IMG/VR virus record: IMGVR_UViG_3300047667_000935
Coordinates: 1-52,535 of that record
Length of the DNA stretch: 52,535 nucleotides
Source of the DNA: a virus
Taxonomy: Duplodnaviria > Caudoviricetes
Strand: one strand, 5' to 3'
The translations under genes were made by a program, and so were the position numbers. Below are positions 1 through 11,393 of this stretch, one piece after another. Numbering within the stretch: the stretch's first letter is position 1; every line of letters starts with the position of its first letter. A model generated the notes under the pieces. The model did no database searches. It saw only the letters and a list, made by a program, of their open reading frames with translations, and had not been told where the DNA came from.

Positions 1-3000
1 ACCACCGGCAACAATGCTGTATACCAAAATGCATGGAAAAAAGCTGTAAAAAACAGCGAACAACTGGTTATTAGACAGTATAATGCTGACATTCAATTAA
101 ACAATTTTGTAGTTGATGTATTTGACAATAGCGGAACACTTACTGACCTTCGTGTAAAAGTGTATGTTAACAATGTTAGAAAGTTTGCTGGAAACGAATA
201 CACAATTGAAAATACAGGTGAACTTGCAACTGTTGTTTTTGCAAATGATGTAGCAGTAGACGATCTGGTTTTACTCAAATGTTTCAGCAAAGCACCCAAG
301 AACAGCAACGGCTTTTATGAAATTCCTATTAACTTTGATAAAAATCCACTTAACGAAAACATTACAGATTTTACACTAGGGCAAGTTAACGACCACCTTG
401 ATAGTATTGTAGAAGATTTATCAGGATTCTCTGGAACCTTTCCGGGATTTAGTAATCTACGGGACCTTGGCCCTGTTACAGAATATGGTAAAAAGTTTGT
501 GCAACACAGTGGCCCTGTAAATCTGGCACTATACCATATTACAGACAAGGATGCGAATGTAATCAAGTCTCTGAAATTTGCTAGACGAGAATATGCCAAA
601 TTCAAAAGAACATTTATCAATGAATCTTTAACAACTGGATTTGATGGAAATGTCAAAGATCATGTTGATTTAATTTTGTCAAAAATATTAAAAAATAAAA
701 CTCCGAGCATGCCATTCTTCTTTAGTGACATGATAGGCATTGGCGCAGCAACACAGACTATTCACTCAGTTGAATACGCTGGCCCTGCATACTTTGCACT
801 TTCTAACAACTTTACTCTAGAAACATTATCATCTCTTTCAGTAGGAGTCTATAATAACAATATTCAATTATTGCATGGAAGAGATTATACGTTTGCTGAT
901 GGATTTGTTTATATAATTTCTGAGCTAAAAGACGGCGACACAGTTGAAATATACGAATACGAATCAACTAATGGCTCGTATATCCCACCAACACCAACTA
1001 AGCTAGGTCTTTATCCTGCATACCAGCCTTCGGTGTACTTAGATTCAACATACGTTGAATCTAAGACAGTGATCCGTGGTCACGACGGAAGTCAAACAAT
1101 TGCATTCGATGACTACAGAGACGATCTTCTTGTAGAATTAGAAACACGTATTTACAACAATATCAAGTGTAATAACAACAAAGAGTTAATTGACATTCAT
1201 GATCTAGTAGGAGGATATGCAAGAGATACAGGGTATTCACAACAAAATATCAATACTGCAATTCTTGCAGACTTCGCTCAATGGGCGGAAATTTCAGGAT
1301 CAGTTGATTATTCAACTCATGACTTCTGGGACCCCGACAACACCTTTACTTATAATTATTCTAATACAAATGATTTAGATGGCATTCCGTTGGACGGCTT
1401 TTGGAGAAGCATTTATAAGAAGTATTACGACACAGATGCTCCTCATACTAGTCCGTGGGAGATGTTGGGATTTACTATTATGCCAACATGGTGGGAAACT
1501 GTATACGGCCCTGCTCCTTACACTAGCAACAACAGAATACTCTGGAATGATTTAAAAGAAGGTATTATCAGAGAACCTAATAAGTCAGTTATAAGAAATT
1601 CTAAATACAAAAGACCCGACTTAATAAAGTTTTTGCCAGTAGATGAATTTGGAAGACTATTAAGTCCAGTGGAATCTGGTCTTGCACAAAACTTTTCACT
1701 TGCTAACAGCAAGTCTAGTTTTAAGTTTGGCGACATGTCTCCTGTTGAAACAGCATGGAGAAGAACCAGCGAGTATCCATTTAGCTTAATAACTGCATGG
1801 GCAGTTCTTCAACCAACAAAGATAATCGGGCTAGGGTTTGATTGCAGCAGAACTCAGCGAGATATAACAGGTAATATTATCTATACAGATACTCAAAAAT
1901 CTATTAATCTCAGCAGCTTAGTATTACCGAGCACAACTACAAGTGGCACACCTGTGCTAACATCCGGATTGGTTAACTATGTTGCAGATTACATGGTTAC
2001 TAAAACTGAAATAAAGTACAATGACTATAAAGAAAAGCTGAGAAATCTCACCAACCAATTGTCAATTAAACTCGGCGGCTACGGAGATAAAACCAAATTA
2101 AAGCTGTTACTAGATAGTAGAAGCCCGCTAAACAAAACAAGTGTATTTGTTCCAAACGAAAATTATCAAATTGAATTTGCTACAAGTAATGCCCTTGATA
2201 TTGTTGTGCTTAGTGGTATAATTATTGAAAAGACAGAACTAGGATATATTATCTCTGGATACGATAAAGAAGATCCGGTATTTAATTTTAATAAACCTGT
2301 TGTACAAAATGTGGATCCTGCAATCACTGTTGGTGGCATATCCGAAACGTTTGTTAATTGGATAGAGAACAAAGTATATGCTATTGGTACAGTTGTTGAA
2401 TATTTAGGAAAATATTACAGAACAAAAATAACTCATACTAGCACATCTGCGTTCGATTCTGGTAAATTTGTTGTATTAGCAACTCTTCCAGTAATTGGCG
2501 GAATTACTGCTAACTTGCGTAGCACATACCAGGGTAACTTAACAAGTATGCCGTACGGCACACTTTTATCGAGCGTACAAGAAGTTGTTGACTTTATGGC
2601 AGGGTACGAAAATCATCTTATTAATCAAGGTTTTATATTTGATTTCTTTAATCAGGACACATCTGCTGTCGAAGATATGAAACTTTGCATTCAGGAATTT
2701 ATGTTTTGGGTAACTCAAAACTGGGACGTCGGAACAGTGTTAACAGTTAGCCCTGTTGCAAACAAAGCTTCTTTTGAAAGAGAATATTTTGTAGTTGATA
2801 ATATATACGACAGTTTCTATGATTATAATCTATTAACCGGCGACGGAAATCGCATTAGTAAAGAATTTACGAATATATTTAGAAGCAATGCTAATGAATT
2901 TGGCGTTAAGCCAGTTAATTCCAATGACGGTATCTTCTTGGTTAAATTGCCACTTGTGCAAAAAGAACACATTATATTAGTCGATAACACTACAGTTTTT

Positions 3001-6000
3001 AATGACACTATTTTTGACAAAAAAACAGGATATCGTCAGGAACGTATTAAAGTTGTTGGCTACCGAACTGCTGACTGGACAGGCGGAATGAATGCACCTG
3101 GATTTATATATGATACTGCAAAAGTTACACTTTGGAAAGAGTGGACAGATTATGCAATCGGCGATGTAGTTAAATATAAAGAATTTTTCTATGCATCCAA
3201 CCTAAAGCATACCGCTACAAATTTCTTTGATGCTAACCAATGGAATATTCTTGCAAAACGTCCCGAGCCGGAACTACTTCCTAACTGGGATTATAGAGTA
3301 AACCAATTCACAGACTTCTACAGTCTTGACACTGACAATTTTGATAGCGAGCAACAACGCCTTGGGCAACACCTAATTGGTTACCAAAAAAGAGAATACC
3401 TTGCTAATATTATTCCAGATAGTGTTAGCCAGTACAAGTTTTATCAAGGATTTATTCAAGACAAAGGAACTAAGAATGCGCTTACTAAGTTGTTTGATGC
3501 ACTAAGCTCTGCTAACAAAGACAGTCTTGAGTTTTTTGAAGAGTGGGCAATTAGATTAGGACAATACGGCGCAGTTGAAAATGTAACAGAAGTTGAATAC
3601 AACCTTGATGAAAGCAAATACAGATTAGAACCGCAATTGATAGATCTAGTAAACAGTATTTCGTCAACTAGAACTGACCTTGTTTATGAAATTGCTCCGT
3701 ACCAGACTTACCTCAAGCCAAATGATTACGATCATGCTAACTTATTTTCCGAACTATTGATAACAGAAAGCTATGCCAAGGACAGCGGCTATGTAAGAGA
3801 CAAAGATGTATCGTATCTTTCGGTTGGCAGAGATCAGATTCTCAACCTTTCAATTAACAACATACTAATCGGCGAATTTATCTGGGTCAAGGATGACAAA
3901 CAATCCTGGACAGTACTCCGTCATGTTAAGTCTGATTATCAAGTCAGTAATATTATTCCGGTAGTGCCAGATGACACTCCGCTTGACACACAAAATAGAA
4001 TTGGATTTACAATTTACTTTAATGATTATGTAGACTTTAACAAAGATGACATAATCGGAATCAGGTCTGGGATTGCGGATATTAACGGCTTCTTTAAGGT
4101 AGCATATTCGTCTCTTAATGAAGTAGTAATATTAACAGATGCTGCGCCAGCAATAACAGAATTTACAGACAGCACAACACTGGCTGTAACAAAGCTTGTT
4201 AAAAGGCGATTTAAAAACGCAGACATGGTTAACATGGATATTACAGACCTCAGAGTTGACTTAACAGATACAATTTGGATTGATGATGTAGAATCTGGAA
4301 AATGGGGAGTTTATAAAAACGATAATATTTTCTCATTGCAAAGCGAGTTAGTAAACCCTACTGGTACCGAAACAGGGTATGCATCTAGCTTTGCTGCTTC
4401 GGCATCTAACAACATACTTGTTATTGGATCGCCTAATCAAGTAGTTGATCCAGTTACCCGGATTTATAGAAGATTCTCAGAAAATTCTCCAAATATTTTG
4501 TTGCAAGGAATCACAGCAACTGATGAAATTTTATCAAATAGTCTATACGGATTTGATGTAGCAATTAGTGCAACAGCCGACCTTATTGCAGTCGGTGCCC
4601 CGGATGCAACAAGAATCGACGATTCGACGCAAGGACCCACTGCACAAGGCGCAGTATTCTTGTACAGCAGAATACAAGATGGCACTTATCGTAAAACTGC
4701 AACTATCTTTAGTCCACTGCCTGCAGAAAACGAACAATTTGGATATCAAGTCGAACTATCAAAAGACGAGAATGGAGTTACTAGATTATTTGTTGCCGCA
4801 CCTGGCAGCAGTGCAAGCAACGGCAAACTTTATGTTTTTGACGATTCAACAACGGATTGGATTTATAGTAATATTGCAATTAGCCCAGTTAAGAAATTTG
4901 CTGTAAACAAATTAGGCGATGTTATATTAACGTCGGCACCGGTTGACACTACAAACGAACTGTCAGTTTATAGAAAGCAAGCCGACGGCAGTTTTAATAA
5001 TTTGTCAATGCCTGTGATACGCGAGGAAGATTCATCCGAGGGATTTGGGTATGCTATTGCAATCAATGATAGCGGCGACCAAATTGCAATTTCCGCGCCC
5101 CGCAACGACGACAATGGAATCGATGCAGGTGCAGTTTATATTTACAATCAAGATAGTACATCTGGGTATGTGCAATCGCAAGTGTTAAACAGTCCGTTTG
5201 ACGAAAAGAATGAAGCGTTTGGAACAGGACTAGACTTTTCATTAAACAAGCTTGCTATTTCTGGAAAGAATACTGACACACGAACAACCACGTCTTTTGA
5301 CAATTACTTTACACTAATTAGCAAGTACCAAGTAGCTGGTACACAAGATGAACCTATATATTCGACCTATGTATTCGACCAAACATCTGCTAGTAATGAG
5401 TCTAGTACATCATTTGACGGTGGATCGACTAGATTTACAAATGTCAAAAACGACACAGGCAGAATTGCTGTATTCCAAAAAATTGGCAACTCTTTTATAT
5501 TCGGCGAAGATGTATCATACAACAGAAATACATTACCGGCAAATATTTCAAACTTTAAATTAGTTGACAACCACCTTTATATCGGATTTCCTAAACTAAA
5601 TCCAGGTACATTAGATCCTATTTTTGAAGGAAATTATATAGGCAACGAGTCAAGCACTGGCGTCTTTGTTGATCTGCGATCCGATAAAAATTCTGATAGT
5701 TGGAAACTTATTACACAAGAATCAGGCAAAGTTGATATTTCAAAAATACAACAATGTTTTGTATATTCAAAAGATAAAAATGATATTATCTCAACATTAG
5801 ATATAATTGATCCAAGACAAGGCAAGATTGCAGGCCCTGCAGAACAGGAATTAGAATTTAAAACATTTTACGATCCGGCAGTGTACTCAGTAAATACTAG
5901 CAATATTGACGGAATAGTTACAGACAGCACATCAAACTGGACTGAAAATTATGTAGGCAAATTGTGGTGGAACCTGAATTCAGTAAGCTGGTACAATCCG

Positions 6001-9000
6001 TACCAGGGCGATATACAATATAGATCAAATAACTGGAATAAAATCACAGCCGGCTCGTCAGTTGACGTATGTGAGTGGGTCGAGACTAACCTTATTCCGT
6101 CAGAATGGAATGCTATTACTGAAACAAGTCAAGGATTTGCACAAGGAGTTAGCGGAACATCCCTTTATGGAAACGATGTGTTTAGTTCAAAAAGAGTGTA
6201 CGACACTGTTTCGCGGTCGTTTACATTAAAGTATTTTTTCTGGGTTATAAACAATAGAATTGTTCCTAATTTATCATCAAGAAGACTTAGTGCGTTTGAT
6301 GTTGCAAATCTTATTAGAGATCCTGCATCGGCTGGTTATCGTTTTATAGCACCACTTGATACAAATAAATTTGCAATTTATAATTCAAAAAGTCTAGTCG
6401 AAGGATCCAACACTATATTACATTACAGCTTTGCAGCAGACCCTATGTTGCAAACTAATGTGCATAGAGAATATCAATTAATCACCGAAGGTCTTGATAC
6501 TAGTATAGTCAACAACGAAATAGAAACCAAGTGGTTCGACAGCTTAATTGGGTACGATCAAAATTCTAATTCAATTCCTGATCCTGCATTACCAATTAAG
6601 CAACGTTATGGAGTAATGAACTTTCCTCGCCAGGGAATGTTTGTCAACAGACTCGAAGCAGTCAAACAAGTAGTCGAAAGAGTAAACGAAGTATTAGAGG
6701 CCAATCAAGTTGTTGACGATACAGACTTTTCAACCTTATTATCAAAAGACGAGATACCACCCACTACTAGCGGAGTATACGATAACATTGTAGACACTGT
6801 TGATCAGTTGAGATTTGTTAGTGTTGCTAGAGCAGAACGAGCAGAACTTAATTTAATTATCAAAAATACTCGTGTAGTCGGTGTTGACATTATAAATCCT
6901 GGAAGAGGATATACTGTTGCACCGGAAATAGTAATCAGCGACCAAACTGGCACTGGCGCAACAGTTATAGTGGCTATTAACAACATTGGACAGATTGTTA
7001 GTGCTACTGTTAAATCACAAGGAAATAATTACTCAGATACTGCAATTATATTAGTTAGAAAGTTTAGTATATTAGTTAGTGCCGATGCAGACATTGGCAA
7101 CCGCTGGGCAATCTATTCGTGGGATAAAGCAAGTCAAACTTGGACAAGAATCAACAACCAGTCGTTTGATACAACTCGTTATTGGGACTATGTAGACTGG
7201 TATGCAGATGGGTATAACTCGTTAACACCGATTAACCGTGTTGTTTCTCAAACTTACAAACTACACGGCCTTGATACTGACATCAACGACATTATTAAAA
7301 TTGAAAATGTTGGCATTGGCGGATGGATAATTTTGAGGAAAACCAGCAATGTCTTTAGTCAAGATTTTACAGTTAACCATGAAACAATAGGCAGAGAAAA
7401 CGGTACTATACAATTTTCGACTAAAATTTACGACTATGCTTCTACTGTAAGTGGCTTTGATGCTGCTATTTACGATAACTCGTTCTATGACAGAGAACCA
7501 GTAGACGAATTAAGAAATATATTAACTACATTAAGAGATGACTTGTTTACTGCTAATTTAGCAGTTGAATGGAATAAATTATTCTTTGCAAGTATGCGAT
7601 ATGCATTCTCGGAACAATCAAATATTGACTGGGCATTCAAAACAAGTTTTGTCAGAGCAAAACACAATCTTGGCGAATTAACTCAAAAAGTTACCTTTCA
7701 GAATGACAACTTAGAAAATTATGAAGATTATGTAAACGAGGTAAAGCCTTACAGTACCAAAGTTAGAGAATATATCAGTTCTTATGAATATACAGAACCT
7801 ACGCAGTCGTTAACTACTGACTTTGATTTACCACCTGTGTATAATACAGCAACTAAACAAATAGAATCGAGTGCATCTACTCTTAACAGTGGTACAATTA
7901 GCAATCTTGTGTCGCAGTACTTCCAGCCTCCATTTGATCAATGGACAGAAAATAACGGCTACGAGATTATTAGAATTGATATAGTAAATGGCGGAAGTGG
8001 TTATAAAGAAACTCCTAGGGTTGAAATAGTCAACAATCAAGAAACTACAGCCTCTGCTTTCTTAAGTAGAGATTCTGTTAAATCTATTGTAATTGACAAC
8101 CATGGTAAAAAGTATTATACTACCCCAATTGTTAATATAGTTGGTAGTCGAGTTGCAGGAGGCACTCCTGCAAAAGCAGTTGCAATCATGGGCAATGGAA
8201 ACGTTCGTTCGTCTCATATGACTATTAAGTTTGATAGATTAAGCGGATCTTATGTGTTTACTGAGTTAAGTAAAACAGAAAACTTTGAAGGTAATATTTC
8301 TAAAGAAATATTTAACCTGCAATGGCCAATAAATGTTAATACTAATTCGCATACTGTTACGATTGATGGCATCGAGCAACTTGCAAGTTCCTTTGAAATA
8401 AGCAATAACTTAGATACATCAAAAGGTTACGATAGATATGTCGGCCGTGTAGATTTTGTTGATCCGCCCAAGTTGGATACTCAGATAGAAATTCGATATC
8501 AGAAAGATATTAATTTACTAGATGCTGCTGATAGAATCAATTTCTTTTATAATCCATCAACTGGTATGTTAGGCAACGACCTATCGCAACTAATGGATGG
8601 TGTTGAATATTCCGGAGTTACGCTCAACAGCTTTACGTTTGGCACTGATCAAGGATGGGATATTTCAGGATATGGATCATTACCGTGGGATACGTTTGAT
8701 GAATCTAACGAAGACGAAATCTTTATATTAGACGGAAGTACATCAGTATTTGAACTAAGTCAACTGTTAGAAGACGGTGTTGAATACAACTTTTATCTAA
8801 ACGGAACACGCATTGACGACCCAAATTACGGCACAGCAAATCCAGTAACAACAACTGGCGCTGTTATGCAAACAATCATTGGTGACGGCGTTACTACTAC
8901 TATTGTAATTGACGAAGAGCTAGTAACAACAATTGCAGGCGACAATGTGGTTATTAGAAAAAGTACCAGCGACGGCTCGACAACCTTTGCCAACTACGAC

Positions 9001-11373
9001 ACACAACTATCAGGCGGCAACCTTGGCTACACCACAGCAACAGGAATTGACAGCGGGGAAATCAATGTCGACGGCGACGGCTTTGTTACACCGACTACTT
9101 CAAAGGGTCCAGAAGAACTTGTTCCGGGAGAAATTAGAGATACATTGGATATTCGAGTGTATCACAGACCATCTGACGGAGTCGGAATTATCGGAACTGT
9201 TAACTACAAAATTGACGGAACAACTGTAGAATTTTTATTACCATCGATACCGCAAACCAACGACAGTGTTATTGTTAAGATAGATAATGTAATTATTAGC
9301 AACGATGTATACACTATTGATTATTCAAACCAGACAATCTATTTTGATGATAGTACATTACAAATTGGCACAAATTTAGCTATCACTGCTATTGGAACAA
9401 ACGGTATTAATTTAATCGATACAACTAATTTTTACTCCGATGGCATTATGACAAGTTTTGTAACGTCAGCAGCATGGAGTGATCAAGTATCGGCACTGAT
9501 CACGGTCAATGGTAACGTATTAACAGCTGGCACTGATTACATATTAGTAGAAACAACAGCAGATGACGAATTTACTGACAGAGTAAAGATTGAATTTTCT
9601 GACAGTACAATAGAAAACACTGATTTTGTTCAGTATAGTCTTTATAGCACGTTGATACAAACATATAGTCAGGTAACTGTTGACAAAACATTTATATCTA
9701 ACAACAGTAACAATTATCATACATTTAACGGAACAACTAATGCTGTGCCGTTTAACAATAAGCCTATATCTCATAACATACTTGTGAAAGCTGGCAACAA
9801 AATTTTAAACCCTGGGTATAGTGTTGTGTATACCACAACAGACTCAAGAGTTTATAATATCGAAGAATGGCAGTTTAGTGATAATTCTGTAACAGCAAGC
9901 GATGTATTTGTGTTTGCTGATCACCAACAGTTGGATTCCAACGAATATATCTATGATACAGTAAACGCAAGAATCAACCTGTTGACCGATCAAATAGCAC
10001 CAGCAGGCACTCGACTTGATATATATGTTATCAAGGATGCTGAATATTATTTTGTCGACACACAGATTACATTTGACAACGACATGACATCATTGGTTTC
10101 AACTGGCGATACTATAATAATGGAATCTGCAGGCGATAGTACTGTTTATACAGTAGTTGTTACTTCAGTTGACGCAAACAAGCTTACTATACAAAGTCAA
10201 CGTACAGAAATACAAGAGGCGTTCTTGGTAAACAATAACTTCGCTATTTCTATAAACGGTGGTGAATCAACTGATGTTGTTGTTACAACAGTATCATACG
10301 TTACAAGTGAAGGCATGACCTTTGTAACGCCACCGCAATCCAGTGAAGCTGTAGAGATATACCAGTTTAGCAATCACGATATTAATAACTTTGAAAGAAT
10401 TACATACAAGGTTATTACAGATTCAGATATAACTACTGACTCGTTTGATTATGCAACAAGAAACTTAATTGCAACAGGATTTGTTCCATTAAGAGGAACA
10501 ATACCAAATGCAAGTTACGCATGGATTGCAGTAAACGGCGAGCTTCTAACTCCTGAAGTTGACTATTCAATGAACTCTTCGGGTACTACTATAGAGCTAT
10601 ACCTGACCCCTACAGAAAATGATGTTATTGATGTAATACAATTTGGCGCAACTCCGGTTATTGCTAAATTTGGATACAGGATTTTTAAAGACATGTTAAA
10701 CCGAGTTCACTATAAGAGATTAAACCAGAACAACAGTTATGTGTTGTCAAATCCGCTAAATTACTATGACATCAGAATTTCGTTAGAGGATACAACCGGA
10801 ATGTTCCAGCCAAACAAGGCAAAAAATATACCCGGTGTGTTATTTGTTAACGGCGAAAGAATTGAATATTTTGAAATTAATGGTAACCAAGTAAAACAAC
10901 TCAGAAGAGGCACATTAGGAACCGGTGTTAAAGAAACGTACGAAGCCGGAATAAGAATATACGGCCAAGGACCAGACGAGACTATTAATTACACTGATAC
11001 AATTCTAAAGCAGTCAGAAATATCTGATGGAAGTACACCTTTTATTCTTGACTATACGCCGTCTAGTGTTAATGAGATTGAAGTTTTTGTTGCCGGTCAT
11101 AGACTTAGAAAAACTGCAATAGAAAAATACAGTCCGTTACTGCATCAAGATAGTCCAGAAGGCAACAACACAGTTGACGCAGAATTTACATTAAGCGGAA
11201 ATACTATTGTCTTTAATTTGGATAGAAGTAATCCGGAACCTGCTAACGGAGAAAGAGTCTCGGTTATTCAAAAAGTAGGCAAAGTTTGGAACGATGAAGG
11301 AAAATCGTTAGCAAATACAAATAATATCATAGGTAATTTCTTGCGAAACGCAACAATAGAGTTACCTAAATAA
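1..11373 (+). CDS. Giant virion structural protein (baseplate/tail-associated), 5' partial, >3790 aa
   Basis: The frame of ORF 160..11373 is open back to base 1 (TTGNNAVYQNAWKK...), so the true start lies outside the window. Contains CBM5/12-like W-x5-Y-x2-G-x-V-V-x-Y motifs, FG-GAP-like propeller repeats and GxGY-x3-P repeats, and sits directly upstream of tail genes. Confidence 0.75.
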   Translation, partial: TTGNNAVYQNAWKKAVKNSEQLVIRQYNADIQLNNFVVDVFDNSGTLTDLRVKVYVNNVRKFAGNEYTIENTGELATVVFANDVAVDDLVLLKCFSKAPKNSNGFYEIPINFDKNPLNENITDFTLGQVNDHLDSIVEDLSGFSGTFPGFSNLRDLGPVTEYGKKFVQHSGPVNLALYHITDKDANVIKSLKFARREYAKFKRTFINESLTTGFDGNVKDHVDLILSKILKNKTPSMPFFFSDMIGIGAATQTIHSVEYAGPAYFALSNNFTLETLSSLSVGVYNNNIQLLHGRDYTFADGFVYIISELKDGDTVEIYEYESTNGSYIPPTPTKLGLYPAYQPSVYLDSTYVESKTVIRGHDGSQTIAFDDYRDDLLVELETRIYNNIKCNNNKELIDIHDLVGGYARDTGYSQQNINTAILADFAQWAEISGSVDYSTHDFWDPDNTFTYNYSNTNDLDGIPLDGFWRSIYKKYYDTDAPHTSPWEMLGFTIMPTWWETVYGPAPYTSNNRILWNDLKEGIIREPNKSVIRNSKYKRPDLIKFLPVDEFGRLLSPVESGLAQNFSLANSKSSFKFGDMSPVETAWRRTSEYPFSLITAWAVLQPTKIIGLGFDCSRTQRDITGNIIYTDTQKSINLSSLVLPSTTTSGTPVLTSGLVNYVADYMVTKTEIKYNDYKEKLRNLTNQLSIKLGGYGDKTKLKLLLDSRSPLNKTSVFVPNENYQIEFATSNALDIVVLSGIIIEKTELGYIISGYDKEDPVFNFNKPVVQNVDPAITVGGISETFVNWIENKVYAIGTVVEYLGKYYRTKITHTSTSAFDSGKFVVLATLPVIGGITANLRSTYQGNLTSMPYGTLLSSVQEVVDFMAGYENHLINQGFIFDFFNQDTSAVEDMKLCIQEFMFWVTQNWDVGTVLTVSPVANKASFEREYFVVDNIYDSFYDYNLLTGDGNRISKEFTNIFRSNANEFGVKPVNSNDGIFLVKLPLVQKEHIILVDNTTVFNDTIFDKKTGYRQERIKVVGYRTADWTGGMNAPGFIYDTAKVTLWKEWTDYAIGDVVKYKEFFYASNLKHTATNFFDANQWNILAKRPEPELLPNWDYRVNQFTDFYSLDTDNFDSEQQRLGQHLIGYQKREYLANIIPDSVSQYKFYQGFIQDKGTKNALTKLFDALSSANKDSLEFFEEWAIRLGQYGAVENVTEVEYNLDESKYRLEPQLIDLVNSISSTRTDLVYEIAPYQTYLKPNDYDHANLFSELLITESYAKDSGYVRDKDVSYLSVGRDQILNLSINNILIGEFIWVKDDKQSWTVLRHVKSDYQVSNIIPVVPDDTPLDTQNRIGFTIYFNDYVDFNKDDIIGIRSGIADINGFFKVAYSSLNEVVILTDAAPAITEFTDSTTLAVTKLVKRRFKNADMVNMDITDLRVDLTDTIWIDDVESGKWGVYKNDNIFSLQSELVNPTGTETGYASSFAASASNNILVIGSPNQVVDPVTRIYRRFSENSPNILLQGITATDEILSNSLYGFDVAISATADLIAVGAPDATRIDDSTQGPTAQGAVFLYSRIQDGTYRKTATIFSPLPAENEQFGYQVELSKDENGVTRLFVAAPGSSASNGKLYVFDDSTTDWIYSNIAISPVKKFAVNKLGDVILTSAPVDTTNELSVYRKQADGSFNNLSMPVIREEDSSEGFGYAIAINDSGDQIAISAPRNDDNGIDAGAVYIYNQDSTSGYVQSQVLNSPFDEKNEAFGTGLDFSLNKLAISGKNTDTRTTTSFDNYFTLISKYQVAGTQDEPIYSTYVFDQTSASNESSTSFDGGSTRFTNVKNDTGRIAVFQKIGNSFIFGEDVSYNRNTLPANISNFKLVDNHLYIGFPKLNPGTLDPIFEGNYIGNESSTGVFVDLRSDKNSDSWKLITQESGKVDISKIQQCFVYSKDKNDIISTLDIIDPRQGKIAGPAEQELEFKTFYDPAVYSVNTSNIDGIVTDSTSNWTENYVGKLWWNLNSVSWYNPYQGDIQYRSNNWNKITAGSSVDVCEWVETNLIPSEWNAITETSQGFAQGVSGTSLYGNDVFSSKRVYDTVSRSFTLKYFFWVINNRIVPNLSSRRLSAFDVANLIRDPASAGYRFIAPLDTNKFAIYNSKSLVEGSNTILHYSFAADPMLQTNVHREYQLITEGLDTSIVNNEIETKWFDSLIGYDQNSNSIPDPALPIKQRYGVMNFPRQGMFVNRLEAVKQVVERVNEVLEANQVVDDTDFSTLLSKDEIPPTTSGVYDNIVDTVDQLRFVSVARAERAELNLIIKNTRVVGVDIINPGRGYTVAPEIVISDQTGTGATVIVAINNIGQIVSATVKSQGNNYSDTAIILVRKFSILVSADADIGNRWAIYSWDKASQTWTRINNQSFDTTRYWDYVDWYADGYNSLTPINRVVSQTYKLHGLDTDINDIIKIENVGIGGWIILRKTSNVFSQDFTVNHETIGRENGTIQFSTKIYDYASTVSGFDAAIYDNSFYDREPVDELRNILTTLRDDLFTANLAVEWNKLFFASMRYAFSEQSNIDWAFKTSFVRAKHNLGELTQKVTFQNDNLENYEDYVNEVKPYSTKVREYISSYEYTEPTQSLTTDFDLPPVYNTATKQIESSASTLNSGTISNLVSQYFQPPFDQWTENNGYEIIRIDIVNGGSGYKETPRVEIVNNQETTASAFLSRDSVKSIVIDNHGKKYYTTPIVNIVGSRVAGGTPAKAVAIMGNGNVRSSHMTIKFDRLSGSYVFTELSKTENFEGNISKEIFNLQWPINVNTNSHTVTIDGIEQLASSFEISNNLDTSKGYDRYVGRVDFVDPPKLDTQIEIRYQKDINLLDAADRINFFYNPSTGMLGNDLSQLMDGVEYSGVTLNSFTFGTDQGWDISGYGSLPWDTFDESNEDEIFILDGSTSVFELSQLLEDGVEYNFYLNGTRIDDPNYGTANPVTTTGAVMQTIIGDGVTTTIVIDEELVTTIAGDNVVIRKSTSDGSTTFANYDTQLSGGNLGYTTATGIDSGEINVDGDGFVTPTTSKGPEELVPGEIRDTLDIRVYHRPSDGVGIIGTVNYKIDGTTVEFLLPSIPQTNDSVIVKIDNVIISNDVYTIDYSNQTIYFDDSTLQIGTNLAITAIGTNGINLIDTTNFYSDGIMTSFVTSAAWSDQVSALITVNGNVLTAGTDYILVETTADDEFTDRVKIEFSDSTIENTDFVQYSLYSTLIQTYSQVTVDKTFISNNSNNYHTFNGTTNAVPFNNKPISHNILVKAGNKILNPGYSVVYTTTDSRVYNIEEWQFSDNSVTASDVFVFADHQQLDSNEYIYDTVNARINLLTDQIAPAGTRLDIYVIKDAEYYFVDTQITFDNDMTSLVSTGDTIIMESAGDSTVYTVVVTSVDANKLTIQSQRTEIQEAFLVNNNFAISINGGESTDVVVTTVSYVTSEGMTFVTPPQSSEAVEIYQFSNHDINNFERITYKVITDSDITTDSFDYATRNLIATGFVPLRGTIPNASYAWIAVNGELLTPEVDYSMNSSGTTIELYLTPTENDVIDVIQFGATPVIAKFGYRIFKDMLNRVHYKRLNQNNSYVLSNPLNYYDIRISLEDTTGMFQPNKAKNIPGVLFVNGERIEYFEINGNQVKQLRRGTLGTGVKETYEAGIRIYGQGPDETINYTDTILKQSEISDGSTPFILDYTPSSVNEIEVFVAGHRLRKTAIEKYSPLLHQDSPEGNNTVDAEFTLSGNTIVFNLDRSNPEPANGERVSVIQKVGKVWNDEGKSLANTNNIIGNFLRNATIELPK

Positions 11374-11376
11374 ATA
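11370..11376 (+). promoter_or_regulatory. Putative late promoter (ATAAATA, T4 gp55-type TATAAATA-like)
   Basis: ATAAATA overlaps the stop codon, 17 nt before the next ATG; the motif recurs at several gene junctions. Confidence 0.6.
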
Positions 11377-11393
11377 CAATACAGGTGGTATGA

